In this document: positions 28,631 to 38,381 of the stretch, one piece after another
How the letters are laid out: each line of letters begins with the position of its first letter
Numbering within the stretch: the first letter of the stretch is position 1
Assembly (NCBI GenBank): GCA_963826115.1
Contig: CAWGVS010000005.1
Location: 1,792,001-1,856,000, forward strand
Direction of reading: 5' to 3'
Source of the DNA: an uncultured Candidatus Rokubacteria bacterium
GTDB taxonomy: Bacteria; Methylomirabilota; Methylomirabilia; Rokubacteriales; DASRDR01
DNA length: 64,000 nt
The notes under the pieces: generated by a model
Told to the model about the DNA's origin: nothing
Database searches by the model: none
What the model saw: only the letters and a program-made list of their open reading frames with translations
Translations under genes and position numbers: made by a program

Positions 28631-29599
28631 GTGGCCGACTGGCGCGCCCCGGACCTCGAGATCCGGATCGGCGTCTCGGCGTGCCTCCTCGGCGAGACGG
28701 TGCGCTACGACGGCGGCCACAAGAAGGACGCCTTCGTCACGGACATGCTCGGTCGCTTCGTCACGTGGGTCCCCGTCTGCCCCGAGGTCGAGATCGGGTT
28801 GGGAACGCCGCGCGAGCCGATCCGGCTCGAGGGCGACCCGGCAGCGCCCCGCCTGGTCGGAACGAAGACCGGTGTGGACCTCACGCGGCGCATGACCGAC
28901 TACGCGCGCCGCCGCGTGGCGGCGCTCGCCGAGCTCGGGCTCTCCGGGTACGTGCTCAAGCGCGCGTCGCCGTCCTGCGGGATGGAGCGGGTCAAGGTGT
29001 ACTCGCCGGCGGGGATGCCGGACCGCCGGGGGCGCGGCCTGTTCGCGAGCACCCTCGTCGCCGCGCTTCCGCTCCTGCCGGTCGAGGAAGAGGGGCGGCT
29101 CGGAGACCCGCGCCTCCGCGAGAGCTTCATCACGCGCGTGTTCGCCCACCGCCGGCTGGCGGCACTCCGCGAGTCGGGTGGCCGGCCGCGGGACGTGATC
29201 GGGTTCCACGCGGCCCACAAGTACCTGCTCCTCGCGCACAGCCCGCGCCACTACGCGGCGCTGGGGCGCCTGGTGGCGGAGCGGCCCGCCGGCGCGCGCG
29301 GGCGGTGGCTCGACGGCTACGCGGAGCAGTTCATGACGGCGCTCCGCGTGCCGGCGACGGTGAAGAAGCACGTCAACGTCCTCCAGCACCTCCTCGGCTT
29401 CTTCAAGGACCGCCTGACCGCCGCCGAGAAGCGGGAGCTCCTCGGCCTGGTGGACGACTACGCGCGGGGCCTCGCACCCCTCGTCGTGCCGATCACCCTC
29501 GTCAACCACTACGTGGCCCGGTTCGACGTTCCCTACGTCCGCGACCAGGTCTATCTCCGCCCGCACCCGAAGGAGCTCATGCTGCGCAATCACGTGTGA
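28631..29599 (+). CDS. DUF523 (2-thiouracil desulfurase-like, Fe-S) plus DUF1722 protein (YbgA-like)
   Basis: GVSACLLG..VRYDGGH, VCPEVEIG, SPSCG, FHAAHKY and YL.PHP.EL.LRNH motifs. Confidence 0.9.
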   Translation: MADWRAPDLEIRIGVSACLLGETVRYDGGHKKDAFVTDMLGRFVTWVPVCPEVEIGLGTPREPIRLEGDPAAPRLVGTKTGVDLTRRMTDYARRRVAALAELGLSGYVLKRASPSCGMERVKVYSPAGMPDRRGRGLFASTLVAALPLLPVEEEGRLGDPRLRESFITRVFAHRRLAALRESGGRPRDVIGFHAAHKYLLLAHSPRHYAALGRLVAERPAGARGRWLDGYAEQFMTALRVPATVKKHVNVLQHLLGFFKDRLTAAEKRELLGLVDDYARGLAPLVVPITLVNHYVARFDVPYVRDQVYLRPHPKELMLRNHV

Positions 29600-29640
29600 G
29601 CCGGGTCGCGCGTCGCGTCCGTCCGGTCGTCCCCCTTCCC

Positions 29641-29669
29641 TTGTCCCCGGGGGTCGAACCGGTGACAAT
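29641..29669 (+). promoter_or_regulatory. Sigma70 promoter, probably leaderless
   Basis: TTGTCC-17 nt-GACAAT, 9 nt before ATG 29679. Confidence 0.5.
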
Positions 29670-29678
29670 CACCCGCGT

Positions 29679-31022
29679 ATGAGCCGTCGAGTGGCCGAGG
29701 ATGTCCTCGACTGCGTGGTCGTCGGAGCCGGCGCGGCGGGGCTGGCGGCGGCGGCGAGCCTCCACGAGGCCGCCCGGACGTTCGTCGTCCTCGAAGCCCG
29801 CGACCGCATCGGCGGGCGAGCCCACACGGTCCGGCTGTCCGGCGGGCAGGCCGCCGAGCGGGGCGGCGAGTACCTCCACGGCGCCCGGGTCGCGACGTGG
29901 GAGTACGTGGCGCGCTTCGGCCTCGCGACGCACCTCGCCAGCGGACCCACGCGCATCGGCGTTCCCGAGTACCGTCGCGGCGAGTGGTGGCCTGCCGGCG
30001 CATCCGACTCCGACCGGGCGCTCCAGGGGCTGGGCGCGGCGCTCGACATCCCCGATGCCGCCGAGGTGAGCCTCCGGGACGCGCTGAGCCGCGCCGGCTT
30101 CTCGGGCGACCGGCTGCGCGCCGCCGAGGGTCGGATGGAGGTCCTTTCGCCGATCGACCCGACGGTCGTCAGCGCGCGCGCGGCGGCGGCGGCCTGGCGC
30201 CTCGTGGCGCCGGAGACCGCCTGCTTCGTCCTGGTCGACGGCTACGGCCAGCTGTGGGACAAGCTGAGCCGCCCGTTCGCGGATCGCATCCTGCTCTCGT
30301 CTCCGGTGACTGCCCTCGACTGGTCCTCGGCGGGCATCACCGCCCACGTCGACGGCGGAACGTTCGCGGGCCGGACCGCCATCCTCACGCTGCCGCTCGG
30401 TGTCCTCCAGTCCGGGGCGATGGCCATTCGACCGGCCCTGCCGGAACGGAAGCGCGCGGCCATCGACGGCCTGCGGAGCGGCGCCATCGTCAAGGTGATC
30501 GCCGAGTTCCGCCGGCCGTTCTGGGAGTCCCGAACCGGCACGGTTCCGAGCTTCCGCGCGCCCGACTCGCCCTTCTTCGCCTTCCGTGTCTCGTTCTGGG
30601 ACCGACCCGGCCCGCCGACCCTGGTCGCGTTCCTCGGCGCCGCGTCGGCGCTCGCCGTCACCGGACACCGGGAGCGCGTCGCTGAGCTCCTCCGCCAGGT
30701 GCTCGGAGAGATGTTCCCGGAGACCGACGTCCGCGAGGAACTGGTGCGCCTCGAGGTGGCCGACTGGCCGGCGGATCCTTGGGCGCGGGGCGCCGTCAGC
30801 GTCGAGCCCGTCGGAGGGGCCCACTTGCGCGCCGACCTGGCCCTGCCCACCCCGCCCCTCTTCTGGGCGGGCGAGGCGACGGCCACCGACGGCGGCGCCG
30901 AGTGCGTGCACGGCGCGCTCACGACCGGGCGGCGGGCCGTGGTGGAGGCGCTGCACCTCGTGCGGCCGGCGTCGGTCACCGATCCGACGAGCCGACTGGA
31001 GTGGGCCCGGTATCGCGACTGA
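29679..31022 (+). CDS. Flavin monoamine oxidase family protein
   Basis: GAGAAG, LEARDRIGGR, W..DPW.RG and FWAGEAT...VHGA motifs. Confidence 0.9.
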   Translation: MSRRVAEDVLDCVVVGAGAAGLAAAASLHEAARTFVVLEARDRIGGRAHTVRLSGGQAAERGGEYLHGARVATWEYVARFGLATHLASGPTRIGVPEYRRGEWWPAGASDSDRALQGLGAALDIPDAAEVSLRDALSRAGFSGDRLRAAEGRMEVLSPIDPTVVSARAAAAAWRLVAPETACFVLVDGYGQLWDKLSRPFADRILLSSPVTALDWSSAGITAHVDGGTFAGRTAILTLPLGVLQSGAMAIRPALPERKRAAIDGLRSGAIVKVIAEFRRPFWESRTGTVPSFRAPDSPFFAFRVSFWDRPGPPTLVAFLGAASALAVTGHRERVAELLRQVLGEMFPETDVREELVRLEVADWPADPWARGAVSVEPVGGAHLRADLALPTPPLFWAGEATATDGGAECVHGALTTGRRAVVEALHLVRPASVTDPTSRLEWARYRD

Positions 31023-31071
31023 GCATCCCGGGGCGCGCGCGGCGTCCCGTGACGCGGGAGGGCTTGAGCGG

Positions 31072-31815
31072 ATGGGCGTGCTCGTGGTGACAGGGGGAAG
31101 CCGCGGCATCGGGGCCGCCATCGCGAAGCTCGCGGCCAAGAAGGGCTACGACGTGTGCGTCAACTACCAGCGCGCGCGAGAGCGTGCGGACGAGGTGGCG
31201 GCCGCCGTGCGCGCCGAGGGGCGGCGGGCCCTCGTGGTCCAGGCCGACATCGCCCGCGAGGACGACATCGTGGCCATGTTCCGCGCGGTGGACCGGGAGC
31301 TCGGTCCGATCGACGCGCTCGTCAACAACGCCGGGATCGACTACGAGCGTCTGGTGGCGGACGTGGAGCTCGCGGGTGTCGAGCGGGTCTTCGACGTCAA
31401 CGTCATCGGCCTGATCCTGTGCTGCCGGGAGGCGGTGCGGCGCATGAGCCGCGATCGCGGGGGCCGCGGGGGGGCCATCGTCAACATCAGCTCGGTGGCG
31501 GCGCGCACCGGGGGCCTGCCCAGGGACGCCGTCTACACTGCCTCCAAGGGGGCGGTCGATGCCTTCACCCGGGGGCTCTCGAACGAGGTCGCCGGCCAGG
31601 GCGTCCGCGTCTGCGCGGTCCGGCCCGGGCTCACCCTCACCGAGATCTTCGAGAGCACGCTCGGCCAGGAAGGCGTCACCGACCTGGCGCGCCGGGCGGT
31701 GCCGATGGGCCGGATCGGTCAGCCCGCGGAGGTCGCGGCGATGGTCCTGTGGCTCTGCTCGCCCGAGGCGAGCTACGTGACGGGCTTCACCTACGACGTG
31801 AGCGGGGGCCGATGA
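31072..31815 (+). CDS. SDR family oxidoreductase
   Basis: TGGSRGIG, NNAG and YTASKG. ATG 31072. Confidence 0.92.
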   Translation: MGVLVVTGGSRGIGAAIAKLAAKKGYDVCVNYQRARERADEVAAAVRAEGRRALVVQADIAREDDIVAMFRAVDRELGPIDALVNNAGIDYERLVADVELAGVERVFDVNVIGLILCCREAVRRMSRDRGGRGGAIVNISSVAARTGGLPRDAVYTASKGAVDAFTRGLSNEVAGQGVRVCAVRPGLTLTEIFESTLGQEGVTDLARRAVPMGRIGQPAEVAAMVLWLCSPEASYVTGFTYDVSGGR

Positions 31816-32219
31816 CCCAGCCCATCCGGGTCCTGATCGCCAAGGTCGGCCTCGACGGGCACGACCGGGGCGCCAAGGTCGTCGCGCGGGCCCTCCGGGA
31901 CGGCGGGATGGACGTGATCTACACCGGCCTCCACCGGACGCCGGAGGAGGTCGTCGCGGCCTGCGTCCAGGAGGACGTGGACGTCCTCGGCGTGAGCATC
32001 CTCTCGGGCGCGCACATGACGCTCCTGCCGCGGATCCTCGACCTGCTCCGCCGGAGCGACGCGAGCGACGTCCTCCTGGTCGCGGGCGGCGTCATCCCCG
32101 ACGAGGACGTGCCCGCCCTCCGGGACGCCGGCGTCGCCGAGCTTTTCCTCCAGGAGACCCCGCCGGCGGCCCTGGTCGCCCGGGTCCGCGAGCTGGTGGA
32201 GGCCGCGCGCGCCGGCTGA
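31812..32219 (+). CDS. hcmB: Cobalamin-binding small subunit of acyl-CoA mutase (HcmB-like)
   Basis: KVGLDGHDRG (DxHxxG), SILSG and GGVIP; adjacent to hcl; ATG overlaps the SDR stop. Confidence 0.8.
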   Translation: MTQPIRVLIAKVGLDGHDRGAKVVARALRDGGMDVIYTGLHRTPEEVVAACVQEDVDVLGVSILSGAHMTLLPRILDLLRRSDASDVLLVAGGVIPDEDVPALRDAGVAELFLQETPPAALVARVRELVEAARAG

Positions 32220-32240
32220 GCGCCGCCGCGCCGAGTCCCC

Positions 32241-33716
32241 GTGTCGCCGATGGACGAGCTCGACCTCGACCGGATCCGCCGGACCCGTGGCGTGGACCTC
32301 ACGGCCTGGCCGCCCCGCTACGATCCGGCGTACCGCCCCCCGCCCGGCGCCGAGTCCTGGCTGCCCGAGGTCGAGTGCGCGCCGCCGGGGGCGCGGGACC
32401 GGCTCGTCCTCTGGAAGCTTCGGGAACAGGTGCGCCACGCCTGGGAGCAGAGCCCCTTCTATCGCCGGAAGTGGGAGGCCGCCGGCGTGTCCCCGGCGAC
32501 GCTCCGGCATCTGGAGGACCTCCAGCGCTTCCCGGTCGTGACGAAGGAGGAGCTCCGCGCCGCCCAGGCGGCCCACCCACCCTTCGGGGACTACCTCTGC
32601 GTCGCGCCGGAGGCGGTCGCCCGCATCCACGGCACCAGCGGCACGACGGGCCGGCCCACCGTGTTCGGCATCGGCGCCGACGACTGGCAGCGGATCGGCG
32701 AGGCGCACGCGCGGATCCTGTGGGCGATCGGCATCCGGCCCGGGGACCGCGTCCTCATCTGCTCGTTCTTCAGCCTCTACATGGGCTCCTGGGGCGTCCT
32801 CGCCGGCGGCGAGCGACTCGGCGCGACGATCTTCCCCTTCGGCGCCGGGGTCCAGGGTCAGACGCTGGCCGCCGTCCAGTGGGCGCGCGAGGTCCGTCCC
32901 GCCGCCTTCTACGGAACGCCGTCCTACGCGCTCCACTTCGCCGAGACGGCGCGGCGCGAGGGCGTCGACCCGCGGGGCCTCGGCTTCCGGATTCTCTTCT
33001 TCTCGGGCGAGCCCGGGGCCGGCATCCCGTCGACCCGGCGGCTCATCGAGGACGCCTTCGGCGGGATCTGCGTCGACACGGGCAGCATGGCGGAGATGAC
33101 GCCCTGGATGACGAACGCCGAGTGCCCCCATCGTACGGGAATGCACCTCTGGCAGGACCTGGTGTACACGGAGGTCTGCGACCCCGGGACCTACCGGCGG
33201 GTGCCGTACGGGAGCGAGGGCACGCCGATCTACACGCACCTCGAGCGCACGTCGCAGCCGATGATCCGCCTGGTCTCCGGAGACCGGACGCGCTGGACGG
33301 ACGAGCCCTGCCCCTGCGGCCGGACCTACCCGCGCCTCCCCGCCGGGATCTACGGCCGCTTCGACGACATGCTCGTCGTGCGCGGCGAGAACGTCTACCC
33401 GAGCGGCATCGAGGACGCGCTCCGCGCGGTGCCGGGCTTCGGCGGCGAGTTCCGCGTGATCGTGTCCCGGCGCGAGGCGATGGACGAGCTCCTGGTGCGC
33501 GCCGAGTACACCCCGGAGCACGAGCCCCCCGATCGCCGCGACGCGCTCCAGCGGGCGATGCGGGACCGGCTGCGCGCGCGGATCGGGATCCACCCGGTGG
33601 TGGAGCTGGTCCCGCAGGGAACGCTCCCGCGCTCGGAGTTCAAGGCCCGGCGCGTCGTGGACGATCGGGACCTGTACCGGCAGACGCTGGCGGAGGAGCG
33701 GAGCCGCCCCCGATGA
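32241..33716 (+). CDS. hcl: 2-hydroxyisobutyrate--CoA ligase (PaaK-like family)
   Basis: AHPPFGDY, HGTSGTTGRPT, SLYMGSWG, AFYGTPSYA, GSMAEM and YTHLERTSQPMIRL match recalled Aquincola HCL motifs. Confidence 0.75.
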   Translation: MSPMDELDLDRIRRTRGVDLTAWPPRYDPAYRPPPGAESWLPEVECAPPGARDRLVLWKLREQVRHAWEQSPFYRRKWEAAGVSPATLRHLEDLQRFPVVTKEELRAAQAAHPPFGDYLCVAPEAVARIHGTSGTTGRPTVFGIGADDWQRIGEAHARILWAIGIRPGDRVLICSFFSLYMGSWGVLAGGERLGATIFPFGAGVQGQTLAAVQWAREVRPAAFYGTPSYALHFAETARREGVDPRGLGFRILFFSGEPGAGIPSTRRLIEDAFGGICVDTGSMAEMTPWMTNAECPHRTGMHLWQDLVYTEVCDPGTYRRVPYGSEGTPIYTHLERTSQPMIRLVSGDRTRWTDEPCPCGRTYPRLPAGIYGRFDDMLVVRGENVYPSGIEDALRAVPGFGGEFRVIVSRREAMDELLVRAEYTPEHEPPDRRDALQRAMRDRLRARIGIHPVVELVPQGTLPRSEFKARRVVDDRDLYRQTLAEERSRPR

Positions 33717-33843
33717 GGCGAGGTCGACCGGGCACGAGCGCGCCCTCGCGTTTCACGCCGGCCGGGTTGCGGGGTCATGCTCTACGAGCCCGCGCGCGAT
33801 CCGACGGTGGCGTGCGGCTGAGACCTTCGCAGGAGGAACATCC

Positions 33844-34377
33844 ATGAGCCCGGCCACCTACTACACGCGAGTCCCGAGCCCCCTCGGACCCTTGCTCCTG
33901 GTCGGCACGACCGACGCGCTCACCGGGATCTGGCTGCCATCCGGCCGGGACCGGATCGACCCCGAGCCCGACTGGATCGAGTCCGCGAAGCCGTTCGCCG
34001 AGGCTGCCCGCCAGTTCGCGGCGTACTTCGCCGGCGCGCTCCGGCGCTTCGACCTCTCCCTCGCGCCCGAGGGCACCCCGTTCCAGCGGCGCGTGTGGCG
34101 GGCGCTCGTGGACATCCCCTACGGCGAGACGATCTCGTACGCCGAGCTCGCCCGCTGGATCGAGCGGCCGTCGGCGGTGCGCGCGGTCGGCGCGGCGAAC
34201 GGACAGAACCCCCTGTCGATCGTGATCCCCTGTCACCGCGTCATCGGGAGCGACGGCCGCCTGGTGGGCTACGGGGGCGGCCTCCCCGCCAAGTCCACGC
34301 TCCTCGCGCTCGAGCGGGGCGGGATCGGCGCGCCGGCCCGGCCGGCCCGCCCCCGGCAGGAAGCGCTCTTCGGCTGA
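33844..34377 (+). CDS. ogt: Methylated-DNA--protein-cysteine methyltransferase
   Basis: GTPFQ..VW, RAVG.ANG.NP and IPCHRVIG motifs. Confidence 0.93.
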   Translation: MSPATYYTRVPSPLGPLLLVGTTDALTGIWLPSGRDRIDPEPDWIESAKPFAEAARQFAAYFAGALRRFDLSLAPEGTPFQRRVWRALVDIPYGETISYAELARWIERPSAVRAVGAANGQNPLSIVIPCHRVIGSDGRLVGYGGGLPAKSTLLALERGGIGAPARPARPRQEALFG

Positions 34378-34467
34378 CCGCAGGGAGCCCGCGAGCCGAT
34401 GCCCGCGCGCCGGTCGGAGCGAGGCGTCCTCCGTCCGTTCATCCACCACGTGCAGCGGGAGGCCTCC

Positions 34468-34869
34468 ATGCATCCGATCGAGATGAAACAGGTCAAGGAG
34501 ATCATCCTCGTGAGCGACGACGTGCAGGCGAGCCGTCGCCTCTACCGCGAGACTCTGGGACTGTCCATGCCGGCGGCGCCCGACCGCCTCAACCTCGCGC
34601 GCGTCGGCTCGTAGTATCTGGGCGTGTCGCAGGCCGGAACGATGGCGCACCCGGGATTCGCGGGGCGGGTGCATCTGGGCTTGGAGATCGCGCCCGGCGA
34701 CTTCGAGCGCGCGGTGGACCATCTGCGCCGCCAAGGCATCCACGTGACCGTTCGCGCCCGGCAGCCGGGATACATGGGCACGCCCCAGGGCGTCGGCGCG
34801 TACTTCCTCGATCCCGACGCGAACCTGATCGAGCTCTGGGCGCCGAGACCCGCTCCCGCCTCCAGCTGA
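34468..34869 (+). pseudogene. VOC/glyoxalase-family gene interrupted by an in-frame TAG (34612-34614)
   Basis: GGGAGG RBS and ATG 34468. V.D...S..LY...LGL precedes the stop; HLGLE and YFLDPDANLIEL follow it in the same frame. Confidence 0.8.
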
Positions 34870-34948
34870 GACGAGGCGAACGGGCTCGGCCCGGGCATCC
34901 CGCGGCCGCCAGCGGAAGATCGGCAAAGTCGCGTAGACTGAGGCCGAA

Positions 34949-36610
34949 ATGACCGGTCAACGCGAGGATATCCGCACGATTGCCCGACAGGTTGTCGAGG
35001 CGATCCGGCTGGCGGGCATCGACACCCTGTTCTGTCTCCCCGGGGTGCAGAACGACGATTTCTTCGACGCCCTGGTCGACGCCAGGGACATCCGTTCCAT
35101 CGTCACCCGCCACGAGCAGGGCGCCGCCTACATGGCGAACGGCGCGGCGCTGGTCGCCGGCAAGCCGGCGGCGTTCTCCGTCGTGCCGGGCCCGGGTCTC
35201 CTGAACGCCGGGGCCGCTCTCACCAGCGGCTACTGGTCCAACGCGCGCGTGCTCGCGATTGTCGGCGAGATCGCCACGGCGGCCCGGGGCCGCGGTTTCG
35301 GCGTGCTGCACGAGCTCCCCGACCAGCATGCCCTCCTCGGCCAGCTCACCAAGCACGCCGAGCTGCTCGACGACAGCGAGTCCGCGACCAAGCGGATCCA
35401 GGCGGCGCTCGACTCGCTCGTCTCGGGCCGCCCGCGACCCGTCAGTCTCGAGATCCCCGTCGACCGGTGGCGCGTGCCGGCGCCCGGCGCGCTGCACCCG
35501 CCGGTCCCGGAGAAGCCGGCGGTCGACCCGCGGGCGATCGAGCGCGCCGCCGACGCGCTGCGCCGGGCCGAGCGGCCCATGATCGTCGTCGGCGGGGGCG
35601 CGCAGGACGCGGGCGAGGCGATCGGCCAACTCGCCGACCGGCTCCAGGCCCCCGTCACCGCCCGGCGCGCGGGGCACGGCGTGATCCCCACGACGCATCC
35701 GATGTTCGCTCATCTCGCCGTCGGCCACGCGCTGTGGAAGACCGCGGACGTGGTCGTCGGCATCGGGACGCGTCTCGAGTGGCCGATCCTCCACTGGGGC
35801 ACCGACCCGTCGATGACCATCGTGAAGATCGACATCGACGTCGAGGAGCTCGACCGTCACGGGCTCGGCGCAATCGGTGTCTGGGGCGACGCCGACGATG
35901 CCGTGCGGGCGCTCTTGGCGGCGCTGGAGGGGATGCCCACCCGGCCGGACCGGTCGGAGGAGCTCGCCCAGCGACGCGCCCGCTATTTCGCCGACATCGA
36001 CCACCTCCGGCCGCAGCTCGACTTCCTGGCCGCGATCCGCGACGTGCTCCCCGACGACGGGATCTTCGTCGAGGACGTCACCCAGATCGGGTTCGCCGCT
36101 CACCTCGCGTTCGAGTTCCGCCGGCCCCGGACGTTTCAGTGCACGGGTCCCGCCGGCACGCTCGGCGCCGGCTACGCGCAGGGAGTCGGGGCGCAGGTCG
36201 CCCTCGACCGGGAAGGCCGCGGCCGGCGGGCGCTGGTGGTCGCGGGCGACGGTGGGTTCCTGTTCACGGGGAACGAGCTCGCGACGGCGGTTCAGCACGG
36301 GATCCCGCTCGTCTGCTGCGTGTTCGACGACGGAGCCTACGGCAACGTCAAGCGGATCCAGGAGCAGCGCTTCGGCGAGGACCGCACGATCGCGTCGACG
36401 CTGCGCAGCCCCGACTTCGTCGCCTACGCCCGCGCGTTCGGCGCGCTGGGCCTCCACGCGACCGGCCCCGCCGAGCTCCGCGCCCGGCTCGACGCGGCGT
36501 TCAACGCCAGCGCTCCGGCGGTGGTCCACGTCTCCACCGGCCCCATGCCCGACCCGTGGCCGTGGTTCCTGCTGGGGCGCGCGCGCGGAGAGCGACCCCG
36601 GCGTTCTTGA
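34949..36610 (+). CDS. Thiamine-diphosphate-dependent enzyme (acetolactate synthase/lyase-like)
   Basis: TRHEQGAAYMA, PGPG and GDGGF...DGAYGN motifs. Confidence 0.92.
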   Translation: MTGQREDIRTIARQVVEAIRLAGIDTLFCLPGVQNDDFFDALVDARDIRSIVTRHEQGAAYMANGAALVAGKPAAFSVVPGPGLLNAGAALTSGYWSNARVLAIVGEIATAARGRGFGVLHELPDQHALLGQLTKHAELLDDSESATKRIQAALDSLVSGRPRPVSLEIPVDRWRVPAPGALHPPVPEKPAVDPRAIERAADALRRAERPMIVVGGGAQDAGEAIGQLADRLQAPVTARRAGHGVIPTTHPMFAHLAVGHALWKTADVVVGIGTRLEWPILHWGTDPSMTIVKIDIDVEELDRHGLGAIGVWGDADDAVRALLAALEGMPTRPDRSEELAQRRARYFADIDHLRPQLDFLAAIRDVLPDDGIFVEDVTQIGFAAHLAFEFRRPRTFQCTGPAGTLGAGYAQGVGAQVALDREGRGRRALVVAGDGGFLFTGNELATAVQHGIPLVCCVFDDGAYGNVKRIQEQRFGEDRTIASTLRSPDFVAYARAFGALGLHATGPAELRARLDAAFNASAPAVVHVSTGPMPDPWPWFLLGRARGERPRRS

Positions 36611-36686
36611 CACATCCGGCGCCCGCCGCGCACGATCAAGATCCGGCGGGGCGCGCGACCGGGACGGCTGACGCGAGGGGGCTTCC

Positions 36687-38369
36687 ATGTACGACCGCGA
36701 GGCGATCGAGCGGATCCGGCGGCTACGGGAGGCCTGGGAGGCCGGCCCCCTGCGCGAGTTCGTCGAGCGTCAGCCCGAGTCACGGCCGGAGTACCGGACG
36801 GCGTCGGGCCTGCCGCGGCAGCGCGTCTACACGCCGGAGGATGTCGCCGGCCTCGAGCCCGAGGATCTCGGGCTGCCCGGACAGTACCCGTTCACGCGCG
36901 GCCCCTACCCCACGATGTACCGGGGCCGGCTCTGGACGATGCGGCAGATCGCCGGCTACGGGACCGGCGCGGACACGAACGCCCGCTTCCGCTACCTGAT
37001 CGCCCAGGGGCAGACCGGGCTGTCCGTCGACTTCGACATGCCGACGCTCATGGGCTACGACTCCGACGACCCGCGTTCGCTCGGGGAGGTCGGACGCGAA
37101 GGGGTCGCCATCGACACGCTGGACGACGTCGCCCAGCTCTTCGAGGGCATCGACCTCGAGCGAATCTCGGTGTCCATGACGATCAACCCGACGGCGTGGA
37201 TCCTCCTCGCCATGTACGTGGCCCTCGCCGAGTCCCGCGGCCTCGATCTCAACCGGCTGTCGGGGACGGTCCAAGCGGACATCCTCAAGGAGTACGTGGC
37301 GCAGAAGGAGTGGATCTTCCCGATCCGGCCGTCCATGCGGCTCATGCGCGACATGATCGTGTTCGCGGCCGAGCGGATGGCCCGCTACAACCCCATCAAC
37401 ATCAGCGGCTACCACATCTCCGAGGCCGGCGCGAACGCCGTCCAGGAGGTGGCCTTCACGATCGCGAACGGGATCGCCTACGTGGAGGAGGTCACGCGCG
37501 CCGGCGTTCCGGTCGACGCGTTCGCGCCCCGCCTGGCCTTCTACTTCATCGCCCAGGCGGACTTCTTCGAGGAGGCCGCGAAGTTCCGGGCCGCCCGCCG
37601 GATCTGGGCGCGCGTCATGCGCGACCGCTTCGGGGCCCAGCGGCCCGAGTCGATGCGCCTCCGCTTCCACTGCCAGACGGCGGCGGCGACCCTCACCAAG
37701 GCGCAGCCGATGGTCAACGTCGTGCGGACCGCCTTCCAGGCCCTGTCCGCGGTGCTCGGCGGCGCCCAGTCCCTCCACACCAACGGGCTCGACGAGGCGT
37801 ACGCGATTCCCTCCGAGGAGGCGATGAAGCTCGCGCTCCGGACCCAGCAGGTCATCGCCGAGGAGACCGGCGTGCCCGAGGTCATCGACCCGCTCGGGGG
37901 CTCCTTCTACGTGGAGGCCCTGACCGCCCGGATCGAGGCCGAGGTCCTCCGCATCCTCCAGAAGGTCGACGCGATGGGCGGCGCGATCCGCGCGATCGAG
38001 GAGGGGTACTTCCAGCGCGAGATCGCCGACAACGCCTACGAGATCGCGCGTCGCAAGGCCTCCGGCGAGCAGCCCGTCATCGGCGTCAACACGCACGTGG
38101 AGGCGTCCGAGCCGCCGCCGACCCCGATCCACCGGGTGGATCCGGCGGTCGAGGCGCGCCAGGTCGCCGCGGTCCAGGCCGTCCGCGCGCGCCGGGACGG
38201 CGGGAGGGTCGCGACCCTGCTGGACCGCCTTGCGGCCGAGGCCCAGGACCCCGGCGTCAACCTCATGCCCACCACGATCGAGCTGGTGAAGGCGCGGGCC
38301 ACGCTGGGCGAGATCGTCGCGCGACTCCGGGACGTCTTCGGTCGCTACGTCGAGCGACCGGTCTTCTGA
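36687..38369 (+). CDS. hcmA: 2-hydroxyisobutyryl-CoA mutase large subunit (B12-dependent)
   Basis: Mutase family with WTMRQIAG (Ile88 in place of MCM Tyr or ICM Phe) and SVDFDMPT (Asp115); TVQADILKEY, SGYHISEAG and RFHCQTAA. Confidence 0.8.
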   Translation: MYDREAIERIRRLREAWEAGPLREFVERQPESRPEYRTASGLPRQRVYTPEDVAGLEPEDLGLPGQYPFTRGPYPTMYRGRLWTMRQIAGYGTGADTNARFRYLIAQGQTGLSVDFDMPTLMGYDSDDPRSLGEVGREGVAIDTLDDVAQLFEGIDLERISVSMTINPTAWILLAMYVALAESRGLDLNRLSGTVQADILKEYVAQKEWIFPIRPSMRLMRDMIVFAAERMARYNPINISGYHISEAGANAVQEVAFTIANGIAYVEEVTRAGVPVDAFAPRLAFYFIAQADFFEEAAKFRAARRIWARVMRDRFGAQRPESMRLRFHCQTAAATLTKAQPMVNVVRTAFQALSAVLGGAQSLHTNGLDEAYAIPSEEAMKLALRTQQVIAEETGVPEVIDPLGGSFYVEALTARIEAEVLRILQKVDAMGGAIRAIEEGYFQREIADNAYEIARRKASGEQPVIGVNTHVEASEPPPTPIHRVDPAVEARQVAAVQAVRARRDGGRVATLLDRLAAEAQDPGVNLMPTTIELVKARATLGEIVARLRDVFGRYVERPVF

Positions 38370-38381
38370 CGGGAGGGTTCG

